Source: the human T2T-CHM13v2.0 reference genome, Homo sapiens. From it: 64,000 nt of DNA. Under the pieces are notes generated by a model. It ran no database searches. It was not told where the DNA came from and saw only the letters and a list, made by a program, of their open reading frames with translations. Below are positions 13,912 through 29,320 of the stretch, in pieces. The stretch is taken from assembly GCF_009914755.1 (NCBI RefSeq), contig NC_060936.1; one strand, given 5' to 3'. Position 1 is the stretch's first letter. The number at the start of each line of letters is the position of its first letter. The position numbers were made by a program, and so were the translations under genes.

Positions 13912-15475
13912 TGAGTTATGATTTTCTATGTTGCAACATTATCTGGACTCCTTGTGCACACTTGGTCAATAGAAAGATTTTTAGGTAGGAAAGGCTTAGA
14001 AACGGTAATCTGTTTAGGAGTAAAAGAAAGAGCAGGAGGGGCATGCCGCTATGTTTGCAAATCTCCTCCCAAAAGATTACAAATATCAATACTCCATATC
14101 AAAGAAGAGAGCAGAGATGAATCTTTATGCTAATGGACTGTAATATCAATCTTCTAGCCATTCAGGACAAAGTGAGGATAAGAATTAGCTCAACTCCCCA
14201 TCACTGTTTCCACTACATTTTTACTTTCACAAAGGAGAAAAATTTTAAATATTCTATAAATTATAATTATATACTATAAAATATAATTGTTATATGATAA
14301 ATATAATATATAATTATAATATGCATATTTGTATATTTTAATATATGTACTCAATCACTGGCTTTTAACTTTAGTCAAATAATCGAAACCATCTTCAAAT
14401 TTCTGACTCCATATTACTTACTTGACCTGAGAATATGTTGTGATTTTGAAGTACTCACAGCATCCAGGAAATGAAAAAAGACAACCTCAAATTGCCCAAT
14501 CTTTCTATGGGAAACATAAGTAGTATATTTTTATTTCCTTTCTCTATGTCAAAAGAGACAATTAAACCTGCAATACAGAAGTCTGAATTCCTTCAAATCG
14601 ACATCAAATTACGGTGCCCTAGTAAGTCACCAAATGTCTTGACCTCTGCAGATTTTTTGTTGACCCCTATACTTTGGATTATTTCCTTAATTATCAGAAT
14701 TTACATAGGGCTGTTCCACATTGTGGCACTCTATGCAAGATGAGTGGTTCAGAAAACACATCATCATGGGTCATCGTTTATAATGAGAAGTAGATTAACC
14801 CAGGGGCATGCCATCAGATGATCTGCCAAAGGTACAGTTGACAAAGTCTTCATCAGTCAGTACTGATATAAATACCATCCTCCTCAGCAGATCATTTGCA
14901 ATGTGTCTCTCAGAGCTAAATCAGTACTCTAATTGCAACATCAGTTAGGGGCCCTACTTGGTGATGAGAGGGGCAAAGATAAGAGGATGTTCTCAACTGA
15001 AGCTATTTATACACACCACGTAGTCCTTAATTATCTGTAGGGAGAGGAGGGAAATAAAGAGAAGGTTGACATGACTGAAATTGAATCCACCCACCGCCCT
15101 TTGTGCCACTCCAGCAAGAGAAAATTCTTACTAAGTAAGAAAAGTACTTACTTTCTAAGAGAAAAAGGTAAGAAACCTCCAGTTCTATGAGAGTACAGCC
15201 TACTCAGTTGCCAACTGATATTTAAATGCTAATACTCCTTTTTATTGTGTGAGTCTTACAACCATTCAAGACTTCAGGAGACTTAAAAAAAAGAAAACTT
15301 AAGTTTTATATCCCCAAAATTAAACAAGCAGTCTAGGTAGAATCTCCTTTTATCGTTATAGAAAAAAGTTGTGGATTAGAAAATTGATTCAGCTATTTCA
15401 GAAGTTTGGTCAGTAAAAAATCCAGACTTAAATACAAGAAAACTTCCTGGAACTCAACATACAATTATTGATAAC

Positions 15476-15967
15476 TGTTGGGGCTCAAAAACCAATACCC
15501 CAGAATATGATGTTTTGCCTTCCTGAGCTGAAGAAGCGTCAGGGTCTCTCTGACCTTCCCTGCCCCCGTCCAAGCGAAGCTGAAGTTTCTTTAGCTGCCT
15601 AAGATGCAGACCCACCAAGAACAATTGTTTTTTCTTACCAAGATATAACCACACCTGAGCAGACCCCTTTATCATTTAAATTCCAAACAGAACTATTTAC
15701 AAGTTAATCCTGCATTGCCCCTTAATAGAATTCCTCTTCCCCCTCTTCTATAACCTGTTTTACCAGGATCCAAGCCCCCATTCCTTCTGTAACCTCAAGA
15801 TGGTTTATAAGCTTCTATACCACACTGAGTAGCTGGGCCTTCATTCTGAAGGCTCCCGTGTATACATGGCAAATAGATTTGTATGCTTTTTCTCCTACTA
15901 AGCAATCTGCCTCATGTTAGTGATTTTCAGTGAACCTTTAGGGGGCCAAGAGCCTATGGCCCCCACA
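15476..15967 (+). mobile_element. MER39-like solo LTR (ERV1, MER4 group)
   Basis: TGTTGGGGCTCAAAAACCAATACCCCAGAATATG...TGATTTTCAGTGAACCTT...CCCCACA; approximate 4-bp TSD. Confidence 0.8.
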
Positions 15968-16049
15968 TTACATATTCATAAATTGATATATGCCAGGAGA
16001 TTCAAAAGATAGTACAGGATCAAACATAAGGTACACTTGGGAAGAAATA

Positions 16050-16295
16050 ACTGTAATAATAACTGCCTTTATTTAGTGCTTCTATGTGTCTGGGACTGTG
16101 CTAAAAATTTTGCCTATATTTTCTCAATAAATTCTTTCAGCATCTCAGTAACAGATACAGAATTATCCATGTATTACTGATAAGGAAACTATGGCTCAGA
16201 AGATTAATCAATCCAAGCCACATAGCATTAAAGGAGAAGTATTAATATTCAAATACTCATCTGACTCCAAAGCCTATATCCTAAAATACTACTCT
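16050..16295 (-). mobile_element. MIR
   Basis: ACTGATAAGGAAACTATGGCTCAGA...CTGACTCCAAAGCC. Confidence 0.75.
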
Positions 16296-16377
16296 TTATG
16301 GTACATATTTGTATCAACCTCATGGCTTATCTTACCCATACTTCTTGTGTTCCCATAATGTTGACTGACCTTTTTGT

Positions 16378-16834
16378 TGATACTGGCCCAATTGTCCCAT
16401 AGAACTGATGTTTATGGTTTTTTAAATAAACAGAAATTGACTCTCCTTGATCTTAAAACTTGAAACTTACATTGTTTTATCTGAGTTCCTTCCTCAGGAA
16501 ACTGACTCTCAGGTAAGAAACTGAAACTCATCAGATCACTGCATCCAGCCAGTGAAGATGCCAGACCCCTCATCCGTCATGATTGCTTCCTGACCCCTCC
16601 ATGATTTCTGTTTTCCCCTACACAGCTACCTTCATACCCTGCTGTATAACCACTAAATAAACCCCCAATTTTATTTGGTTGGGAGAGATGGACTTGAGGC
16701 TGATCTCTCCTCTCTCCAGCTAACAAGATCCAAATAAAAAGTTTTCTTCCCTGGCAATACTGGTTGTCTCAGTGATTGGTTTTCTGTGATGTGAGAAAGG
16801 TGACCTAGACTGAACCCCTGGCATTTCAGTGACA
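16378..16834 (+). mobile_element. ERV1 solo LTR (LTR26-like)
   Basis: TG...CA; CCAATTGTCCCATAGAACTGATGTTTATGG start; AATAAA at about 16733; TSD TTGT/TTAT. Confidence 0.75.
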
Positions 16835-17481
16835 TTATGACCTTTGAAGGCATCTCTTGCCATTTCCCCATGCATCTTTAAGCTGTGAATCCACTGTGAA
16901 CTGTTTAACTTTCTGGTTATTTCCCAGCTCCAATCTAACAATGAGGTCATTGTAGGTCTACATCTTTCCAGTCTGCACAGAGACTTTGCACTGGGCACCC
17001 TGACAATCCAGTGATTGTGCATGTGTCCTATACCTAGTCTCATTCCAATCAGCCAGTGGCTGGCAGAGAGGGAGCAGGAGAGGAAGGGTACCCTGCCCTT
17101 TTAGCAGGGGTTCTGTGTGGGCCAGCTTTCCTTGGCAAAGCTACAGAAACTGGGATTGACTTGGGTAACACAAATGCAGACTAGTTTGAAACCATCAAAA
17201 ATGATACTGTAAAATAATATTTAATGACATGAAAAAGTCCACTAAGTTAAAAAATAAATATATGCATTTGTATATATGCACTCAAAGTCTAAAAGAATGT
17301 TCATTAAATTATTAACAATTATCTTGAGAACCAGGAACAATTTTAACTTTCTTTTTTATTCCTTTTTGTGTTATTTGAACTTACAATAATAAATGTATAT
17401 ATTTGTAAATGTTAAAAAATATGTAAATGTTTTCTCTTTTGGAAAGAAATAAGAATCTATGCATACCATTTGATGAAGCCA

Positions 17482-17517
<36 letters not shown>

Positions 17518-17605
17518 TATTATTATAGATGGAGTCTCACTATGTTGCTCGGACTGGTCCAAACTCCTGGCTTCAAGCAGTCGTTTCACCTCAACCTCCC
17601 AAAGA
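17482..17605 (-). mobile_element. FLAM/Alu monomer with (TTA)n tail
   Basis: Alu left-arm motifs. Confidence 0.85.
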
Positions 17606-18059
17606 GACATATTATTTTTTAAATTTATCATAAAAAATAAAGATGAACTTAAAAATATAGCCAGGAAAACATTCATTGCCATATTGGCAAGATAAAATTT
17701 CAAATAAAAGAGTCCAACAACACAACATTGAATAAATATATCCATCAATGGATATTTTGTAATTTTAAATATATTTTATTTTAACAGATATGACATGGAA
17801 ATATGTGCACAATATATTAATTGAGGGGAAAGTTACAAAACAATAGAGTATGGATCTGTTTTATAGTTAAAATTCACGTTAAATATATTTACGCCTAGAA
17901 AATAATCTAAATTTAACAAAAAGTAGGTGGGATTATAGATTATTTTAATCACCTTAAATTTATGTATCTATATATTTTTTATTATCCTACAGTGAACCTT
18001 CATTACCTATGTAATTGTTAGAAATAAAGGTGGGGGTTTGGGGGCTTTATCTGGTTGGG

Positions 18060-18065
18060 GTTTTC

Positions 18066-18100
<35 letters not shown>

Positions 18101-18219
18101 ATAGAGATGAGGTCTCACTAAGTTGCCCATGGTGGTCTTGAACTCCTGGCCTCAAGCTGTCCTCCTGCCTCGGCCTTGCAAAACATTGGGATCATAAATG
18201 TAAGCTACTGTGCCCAGCC
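18060..18219 (-). mobile_element. FLAM
   Basis: Monomer with (TTTTC)n/poly-T tail. Confidence 0.85.
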
Positions 18220-18639
18220 TTGGGTTTCTATTTTATTTAAATATCAATGGCTCTTATTGGGATTTAGGAGTTTTCTTTTTTGTCATCTCACTTGACCTTG
18301 CTGAGAGCACATGGGAAAACCATCAGCAGTTAAGGTTGTATAGTCCCAAAACAAAACAGACTAGACTAACGAGTGTACATTTTAATAGAGAAGGCAGAGG
18401 CAATTTCTCAATCACCATATTAGGTTTTCTTAATGAGTGTTCATGTATTCATCATTGAGTGGCAGATTGTCCCCAGAGCCTGGTTCTACTCTATAAAGTC
18501 CTGTGCGCCTCATATCCATGGTAACAAAATATCTGAGAGTTTTTATTTGCAAACTTGGCAGGCTGCTGGAAAGCAATGGTGAGGAAACATGAATATTCTA
18601 AGGTAGTACATTATTTCACAGTAGCTGTAATATGAAAAT

Positions 18640-19785
18640 TATACCTTTATGAAAAGTATTATCTTCCTCAAAAAACTGAAAATAGGATTGTTACTGGTAG
18701 CTAATCCATATGGGTCTGCAGCAACCTCAATTCTTGCCACCACAGAAGAAAGAATTTGAGGGGCATAAGGCAGAAGGAGAGACTGAAGCAAGTTTTAGAG
18801 CAGGAGTGAAAGTTTATTAAAAAGCTTTAAAGCAGTAAAGAAAGGAAGGAAAATACACTTGGAAGAAGGCCAAGCAGGCAGCGTGACCTCCTGATTTGGG
18901 GTTTTATAGGTTGGCGTGCTTCCAGGATCTTGCATTACTTCTTCTCACTCCTGAGATCTTATTGGGAAGCTGCTGATCAGTTTCAAATGTTTTCTATCTA
19001 TTAGGAGACTGCCTTTCCCTGGCAGGAGCTGTAACCAATTATTACTTTACAGAAACAGTTAACGATGTTGCCCAACACTCCTGGTGTGTGTGTGTTGCAG
19101 GGGCTGGGGCCCTCTCCTGCCCTGCTCATACCTCACTATCTTCCCACTGTAACAGGGTTACCATTGATTTGGCAGTTCCACTTCTAAGTACCTACCCAAA
19201 AGAATTGAAGGCAGGGACTTGAATAGATATTTGTACACCCATGTTCATAATAATATTATTTACAGTAGCCAAAATATGGGAGTAACCCAAATGTCCATTA
19301 GTGGATGAATAGATAAACAAAATATTATTTAGTCTTAGAAAAGAAGGAAATTCTGCACCTGCTACAACATGGATGAAACTTGAAGACATTATGCTAAGTG
19401 AAATAAGCCAGCCACAAAAGGGGAAACTGAGTATGATTCCACTCATCGTGGAACTAGCCCCTCACTCAACATTGATGTAAGATTTGTCCATGTGAATACC
19501 TGTAAATCCAGTTAATCATTTTAACTAGATAAGTCATATTCATAGAGACAGGAAGTAGAATGGTGGTTGCCAGGGGCTGGAGGGGAGGAATGAAGGGTTA
19601 GGGTTTAATGTCTACAGAATTTCAGCTTTGCAAGATGAAAAAGTTCTGAAGATGAATGGTGGTCATGGTTGTACAATAACATGAATGTACTTGCTACTGA
19701 ACTGTACACTTAAAAAATAGCTAAAATAATATATTTTATGCCATGTAAATTTTATAATTTTTAAAGAAAAATCTATATAAACTAA
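18640..19785 (+). mobile_element. L1MB 3' end, interrupted by MER50
   Basis: CCCAAAAGAATTGAAGGCAGGGACTTG...ACAACATGGATGAAACTTGAAGACATTATGCTAAGTG...GAACTGTACACTTAAAA. Confidence 0.85.
18689..19154 (-). mobile_element. MER50-like solo LTR
   Basis: TGTTAC...GTAACA ends; ATGAGCAGGGCAGGAGAGGGCCCC on minus strand; TSD GGAT/GGGT. Confidence 0.85.
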
Positions 19786-19994
19786 AAAATCATTGTCAGG
19801 CATGTAATTTCTCATGTAGCTCATTTAGCTCTAAGATATATTTCAAAATTGTCTTCTTTCCACTTCCATGGTCCCTGGCCCAGTTCAGACCTTCTTCCTC
19901 TTATATGACCTGAATTACTGTAATGGCCTCCAGAACTTGGCCATGTCTTTCTCCCCTCCAACTCATTCCTTTACCTATCTCCAACTTTATCTTT

Positions 19995-20456
19995 CTTTTT
20001 CCATTTTATTTATTTATTTCAATAGCTTTTGGGGTACAAGTGGTTTTTGGTTACATGGGTGAAATGTACATTGGTGAAGTCTGAGATTTTACTACACTTG
20101 TCGCCCAAGGAGTGTACTTTGTACTCAATATATAGCTTTTTATCCCTCATCCACCTCCCACGCTTCCCTCTTCTTAGTCTCCAAAGTCCATTATACCACT
20201 CTATATGACTTTGCATACCCACAGCTTTGCTGCCACTTACGAATGAGAACATATAGTATTTGGTTTTCCATTCCTGAGTTACTTCACTTAGAATGATAGC
20301 CTTCAGCTCCACACAAATTTCTGCAAAAAACATTATTTCATTCTTTTTTATGACTGAGTGGTATTCCATGGTGTATATAGATCACATTTTCTTTATCCAC
20401 TCATTGGTTGGTGGGCACTTAGGTTGTTTCCATATCTTTGCAGTTGCGAATTGTGC
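19995..20456 (-). mobile_element. L1PB (PB3-like) 3' end
   Basis: TTCAATAGCTTTTGGGGTACAAGTGGTTTTTGGTTACATG 3'UTR; ORF2 C-terminal remnant. Confidence 0.88.
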
Positions 20457-20725
20457 CTCAGCATTATCTTTCTATTATCCTTTCATTTACGAATTTTTTT
20501 CAGACCCACAGAAGATAATATAAGCACCCACTTACCTGCCACTCAGATTCTTAAAGATTATTATCAGTCACATCTTTTTTTGTATTCTGTGGTGACCCCA
20601 TTTCTCTCCTTCCCCAGAGTAAAAACTATTCTAAAGCTGGTAAGTATCATTCTGTCCATACTTTTACACTTTTATAACATACATATATATGTGTGTATAC
20701 ATATTTATGTGTTGTCTGTACATGC

Positions 20726-20878
20726 ATATGTATATATATGTATATACTCATATAATATGTATATATGTATATACTCATATAATATGTATATATGTATATG
20801 TATATATGTATATACTCATATAATATGTATATATGTATATACTCATATAATATGTATATATGTATATACTCATATAAT
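20726..20878. repeat. 27-bp AT-rich minisatellite, about 5 copies
   Basis: Unit ATATGTATATATGTATATACTCATATA. Confidence 0.9.
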
Positions 20879-21199
20879 ACATAATATGTTGTTTCATGTG
20901 CTTTAAAAATCTGACACAAATGCTATTATGCACTATACAGCTTTCCTCAACTTGCTCCTTTCACTCAACATTGATGTGAGATTTGTCTGTGTTGGAACAT
21001 GTAGACCCAGTTTATTTATTTTAACTGCTCTAGAGTATTCCACTGTAGAAACAGTACCATGATTTATTTATCCCTTCCTCTACTAATGGTCATCTAGGTT
21101 AGTTTCCATTTTTTGTTTTACAAACAATGAATAATCCTTCCAAATATGTAAGTTCCTCTAGGGTGTACACCTGGAAAGGCAATTACTAGATCTTAGGAT

Positions 21200-21585
21200 C
21201 AATGAGGAGCATTTGGATACAGCAAGGGAAAACCTGGCTCACAAAAGGTCTAGAGAAGAATGTTGCTGGAATTGATTCAATGGCTAAGAGATCAGTGCCT
21301 TTATTAATCTTTTGACCTTCCCTTCATTGTCTCAACATGACTATAGCAGTTCTAAACACCACTTCCTCAGACCATACTCAAAATCAGGCAGTGAGGGAGA
21401 GTACATAAAACCATCCAGCAGACATCCTATTTCTCATTGGCTAGAAATGAGTCACATAGCAACCACTAGATGCAAGAGAGAATGGGAAAGTTAGTATTTG
21501 GGTTTTCCAGCCTCTACAGTGGGAGATGAGAAGGGAGAAGTTGTTGGAAATGGCTTTTGGGTACCCAACCAATATATCTACCACA
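21200..21585 (-). mobile_element. Old MLT1 (K/L-like) LTR
   Basis: TCTCATTGGCTAGAAATGAGTCACATAG...CTAGATGCAAGAGAGAATGGGAAA. Confidence 0.65.
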
Positions 21586-21589
21586 TCAT

Positions 21590-24050
21590 TAAGTTAACTA
21601 GATATTGTGAAATTGCTCATTCAATATAGTTGAACAAATTTACACAGCCTCAAGTAATATATGAGTTCCCATCTCCCAAAATTCTGTCGATATTGTTAGA
21701 TGCTTTATTTTTTGCCAAAATAATAGATGTCAAATTGTATTATCTCATTGTGGCTTTAATTTGCATTGCTTTAATTATTAGTGAAATACAGTGCCTTGTC
21801 AAATGTTATTGATTATCTAGGGTTCCTATTCTACAATTTCCTGATTATATGCTTTATCCCTTTTCCCTTGAGTTTTTTTGTCCTTTTTTTATTTTGTTAA
21901 AGAAGTTATGTTTTTTTAAATATAGTCTAGATACTGGTATTTGTCAGTTTTATGTGTTGCAAATATCTTCTCCCAATTAGTGAATTTCTTTTAGATTTGT
22001 ATATAATGTCCTTGTCTTTATGATTTACATTTATTATGGTCTTGTTTTAAGAAATCTTTCTCTACTGTGAAGTCATAAAGACATTTCCTATATTTTCTTC
22101 CTTCATTTTTTAAAGTTTCTGATCTGACAAATAGGTCTTAAATCTCTCTAAATTGATATGTTCATATGAACGGATATTCATTTTTCCATGTGAACTATTT
22201 CAGCATTGTCTATTGAATAATTCACAATTCATTGATTTACAATGTCTTTCCATCATATATTATCATATATGCTTGAATCTGAGTTTATATGTCAGCAATA
22301 AATTTTTTAAATTGTGTTATTTAAATAGTCTATACCTTTACTAATTTTTGGTCTATTTGATCTACGAGTTTCTGAGAGAGATATGACAAAATCTCTTCCC
22401 TTTTTATCATAAATTTGTTGATTTCTACTGGTCAAATTTTTCTGTTACATATTTTGAGGCTAAGTTGTTGAATGTATGTAAGTTCAAATGTAGTAATATT
22501 TTCTTGGAGACATGTACCTTTTATTAATGTCTTCTTTAATCCCCAAGAATGATTATTGTCTAAAATTTTTTTGACTGATGGTGATATTGTTAATGCAGCT
22601 TTTTTTTACTCAGTATTTTTGTATAATTTTTTTCCATTCTTTGATTTTCAAATTTTTGTGTCATGTTCTAGAAGTGTACATTATATTCCTTTTTCCTCCC
22701 TATTTGAATGAAAACTTTATGTTCTGTTTTATTATTTTCATAGTTACCCTTTAATTTTGAGCAATACTGAACTAAAATTCTAAAATTAATCAATTTCCCT
22801 ATTGCTCTCTGGAAAAAACTATTAGCTTCTTAAAATACTTTAATTCTAATCCCCCCTTCCATTTTCCATGCTATTATTGTCTAGCATTTTCATTCCCCCT
22901 TGCTTTAAAACCCTCTAAACATGTCTACGTTTGAGCAGTCAATACCCATGTAGACTTATCAGCATGTTTACCAATTTGCTTGTTTACCATTCTTGCATCC
23001 TACTCTTATGAGGTTATTATATCCAAAGTATATCCATTAGCAATTCTTTCAGCAATGGTTTGTGACTCTCAATGTTTCATCTTTCTTTGAAAATCTCTTT
23101 AGTTTGCCCTCATTTATAAATATTTTAGCTCAGTATACAATTCTAGGTTAACAATTATTTTCCCTCAACACTTCGATGGTATGAGTCCACTGTTTTTTGA
23201 CATCTATTATTGCTGAAAAGGTACTGCTGTAAGTCTATTTACAACTATTGTTCACTAGTTGGTAGCATGTCTAACATTTTATAGCTATGAAGTTTTTCAT
23301 TTTTGCCTTTGGTACTTCACTATGGTATGTCTAGGTGTGAATTTGTTCTTAGTTTTTATTAATGCTGCTTTAACCTGAGAAGATATTTTTCTTCAAGCTG
23401 GAAAATTCATCATTATCTTTTCACACACTGCCTCTCCTACACTTTTTCTATTCTCTCCTGAAACTCTTATTAGATATCTATTGTACCATCTCATTCTATT
23501 CTTCGTGTTTTCATCTTAGTTAAGTAAATTAAGATATTTTCATACCTTTATTTATTTTTTTTCTTTCTCTAAGCTGTATTCTGGATGATTTCCTTGAATC
23601 TGTTTTCCAGTTCATTAATTTTCTCTTCAACTCTATGTAATCAGATATTAAATCAGTCCCAAATGGGTTTACTTTCAATGAACATAATTTTCATTTCTAG
23701 AAATTCTATTTGTATCCTTTTCAAATATATGAATTTTACATTAATGTTGCCCTATTCTTTCCTACACTTTGAATTTCTTATTATTAAATTATATTTATTT
23801 AATAATATTAAATTATATTATATTTATTATTATTAAAATATAAATATTTTAAAAATATTTATTATATTCTCACTCAGATTATTCTTTCATCTCAGTTTGT
23901 TGGGATGTTATTTTTCCTATTCATTGCATCTGTTAGTTATCTTACAGTGTTTTGTTTTTTATGTAACTTGTAAATATTCTTAGCATTTTGAATTCATTTT
24001 CACCTGGAATTGCCTTTTCTAAGGGAATGGTCTATATCCTGAGTTATGGG
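21590..24050 (-). mobile_element. Highly decayed L1ME/HAL1 fragments
   Basis: T-rich L1-antisense-like sequence with recognisable L1 motifs. Confidence 0.6.
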
Positions 24051-24107
24051 TGCTTATGTGCAGTACCTAATAAGAGGTGAAAGTTTCCCAGGTCCAGGAA
24101 CAAAGTA

Positions 24108-24665
24108 CAGTAGTCCCTTGTTATCCATGGGGGATACATTACAAGACCCCCAGTAGATGCCTGAAATTGCAGATAGTACGAAATGTTATATATACTTTGA
24201 TTTTTTTCTATACATACATACCCATACCTATGATAAAGTTTAATTTATAAATTAAGCACAGTAAGAAATTAACTTTCTTTAGCATATATTTGGCTTTTCT
24301 TTGGCATATCAAAATTGCCAGCATCACTACTATTGGCCTTCGGGGCTGTTATCAAGAACAATAAGGTTTACTTCAACACAAGCACTGCAGTAATGTGACA
24401 GTCGATCTGATAAGCAAAGGCTACTAAGTGACTAACATGTGAGTAGTATATACAACATGGATATGCTGGAAAAGGGATGATTCATGTCCTGGGTGGGACA
24501 GAGTGAGATGGCATGAGATTTCATCATGAAGCTCAGGACAGTACACAATTTAAAACTTATGAATTATTTATTTCTGGAATTTTCCATTTAATATTTTTGA
24601 ACTACAGTAGACTGTGGGTAACTGAAATTACAGAGAGTGAAACTGTGGATAAATGGGGACTACCG
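24108..24665 (+). mobile_element. MER44B (Tigger7-derived MITE)
   Basis: TIRs CAGTAGTCCCTTGTTATCC / GGATAAATGGGGACTACCG; TA TSD. Confidence 0.88.
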
Positions 24666-24846
24666 TATTACAGAGGTAGCAGGAGCTGGCCACAGAGTGT
24701 TGCAGGGGGCGGGGGGTCATCATATGTGCCTCCAGCCACAAGGTATCCTTTTTGGAATTTGACAGTGTATAAATATCATTACTATTATACCCTAGATTTT
24801 CCTAATACAGTCATAATTTCAGACATTGTCAGTCCTCATGTTAAGC

Positions 24847-25094
24847 CAGCGTTTTTCGCTGCAGGTTGTGAAGTATCAGTGGGTTGTGGAATCAATTTAG
24901 TGGGTTGACCTGCAGGGCTTTTGTTTTTAAAATGAAATGCAGATTAAAATAGAATAGGAAATGTCAGAGTTGCATTATGTAAGAGGAAGTGTTGGGATTT
25001 GAAATGTTTTGCAGTTACAAATGTATATGCATGTATGTGATGAAAAATGTATTTCATGCTGTGGGTCATGGTCAAAATTGTTTGAAAGCCTCTA
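24847..25094 (+). mobile_element. MER112-like hAT MITE
   Basis: AATCAATTTAGTGGGT...AAATGTATTTCATGCTGTGGGTCATGGTCAAAA. Confidence 0.75.
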
Positions 25095-25569
25095 AGTTAG
25101 ATAATATGTCCAGATATGAGAATTAGAAAAAATGGAATAAATTATAAATTAGTTGATTTTGTTAAAGTATTTCTATCAGTAATCAGAGAAGCCAGCAAAA
25201 CATGGTGGAATGCAAGTCCTTAGTGTTCCTAGTTTATCACTGCCCTTTTCAGAAGCATATTTCTTTCTGAATTCACTCCAACGTCTCCACAATCTCGACA
25301 GGATTTTCAGCTCTCTTTTGTGATAATCACGTAGAAGTATGTCTGTATGTGATTATCATAAAAGGAAAGCCTAAGTAGTAAAGAATATCAACAAATAGCA
25401 GATTGCTTTAATATTTTAGTCTACTTAAGTAAACAAGGATTTTTCCTACCCCTCTGGCTCTTTAAACTTATAAGCTTACATGTTGATATGCCTCAGAAAA
25501 TTTTATCTTCTCAACCTCTTGGGTTAAGAGAGGCCTAGTGAGGACAACATGGGCGGTCGACACGCTTGC

Positions 25570-26385
<816 letters not shown>

Positions 26386-27078
26386 CCCCCAGAAGCATAC
26401 TAGATAAAACTTCACAACGATTACTCCTCAGAGCCTCCCTAACTTTACCCCATTCTCACCTTCCCTCCCTCACCCTCACGTCAACTGCTCTCCACTTTGA
26501 GTTACTAACGCAATTGATATGTGCCTCTGTTACACTGCTTATGACATTATATGGTAGTTATGTTGTTGCTGTTTGCTGTTGTTTTCTTTTAACATATCCA
26601 TCAGCTCTGCTAAAAAATAATTAATAATTCAATGTGGAATCCTGAGGTTGGAGCTGTCATAGTTTGAGGAAATCAGTTTGAATCCCAGCCCTGATGAGAC
26701 AACTTTGGGTGGGTTTTCACATCTAAAATGTGAGTGAATTATAATAATGGATAACATGGTTGTTGCATTGTCAGCCTTGCAGGAGAAGCCATCACCTCGA
26801 ATTCACATGTGCAGGGGACACTGCAATAGAACTTTCTTTGCCTTGATGTAAACTGATGTCAATTGGACAGATGTTTCTTGGATACCATCTATTCCCTTTT
26901 GCTGCAGCCTCTTAATGGCCCTCTCAAGCTTCTCAAACTAGGCATGTTCCATATGCTGGGAAAAGTCATGCTCTGTTTGACAGTCACCTTCCGAGGGCCT
27001 CTGATAGCAGAACTCGGTGAGGATTATGGAGATAGATTGATGGGGAGATCAGCCATCTTGCTGCCACACACACCTTGA

Positions 27079-27417
<339 letters not shown>

Positions 27418-28295
27418 CAAATCAATTTTTGCTGTTCATTCCCAAGAGGAGAAAACATTAAAAGGTTTTCCTTTTTTCCATTTTTCCTTTCTTTTCCCCT
27501 CAACCTCCCTTCTTCACCCTTATACCATCCTCCTTCCTTCTGGCACTGGTTCCCCCTCAAGCAAAAAGATAACGTGTACCTCCAGGATTCTTGATAATCA
27601 AACACCATATGATTTCTATCAGCTGAATGCCTGGCAAAGCAATACTTCCCTCATCAAAAATTAAAACTGGAGTGGCATTTACTTTCCTCCAATATCACCT
27701 AAGAAGTTATAGTAGGACACGAAGCCAGAAACTTCTCAATCTCAGCTTTTAGTTGAGATTATTTTGCCCATTGGATTATGGAGCTCTTTCAATGGTGAAG
27801 TTAGTAAATTTAAATTATCGGGAAATTAACCTTTAACCCCATTGAAATGGTCAGAGTAATTCTCAATCTACAGAAGGAAAAAACAAAACATGGCAACTGA
27901 GTGATTTGTTCTATTACAAATCCTGTACAAGGAATAATTTGGAAACTGGGTGGCTTGTTCCAACTGACTATAAAAGTTGAGCAAATAGTCAAAATGCCTA
28001 TTATGCTAATTTTTCTTTTTTTCTGGATTCTATGCATAAGGCCAGTGTGAACTTAAAGCTCTAGTTCTTTCATGCCTGTAATAAACCAAAAGTTTCTGCT
28101 CAGAGCAGAGTACAGAATTAGAATTGCCCATTTGTCCTTTTTTACTATTCTTTTAAGACTTTTGCAGGTTCACAAATGATATAACAGGACACTCATGAAC
28201 GCTGAGCTACAGCAACAGAGACACATGTGTATCTGTAGTCAGACCTTCCCACAAGGCTTCAGGAAGAAACCTTGAGTGCAGACTGATTTTTTTAA

Positions 28296-28620
<325 letters not shown>

Positions 28621-28988
28621 TTATGGGTAGTGGGTGGAATATTGAGAGTTTATATGAGCCAGGCACTTTCTAGATGCTTTATAAGGTCCCATCATCTTCA
28701 CAACAACTCCAAAAGGTAAATACTAGCATTATTTGCATTTTGCCAGTAAAGAAAATGAGGCATAGGGAGGCTGAAAGGCCCCTCTACTATGTGTCTGAAT
28801 TGGAACCAGGAAGGCCCATTTCAAAGCCCACAATCTTGAACACTCCGCAGGCTAAAGCCTCAGAACCATGTCTTTCTCTCAATCTGGTTGGTTAGTGATG
28901 CAAGAAAATGGATAGTCACATATACCTTTGTGTCATTTATATTCCTTTTGTGGAGAAATATGCTTGCATTTATTTATGACAAAAATCT

Positions 28989-29320
<332 letters not shown>

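Noticed and set aside
20358-20906. 182-aa ORF, the longest in the window
   Set aside because: Runs through L1 antisense sequence and the 27-bp minisatellite; low-complexity artefact.
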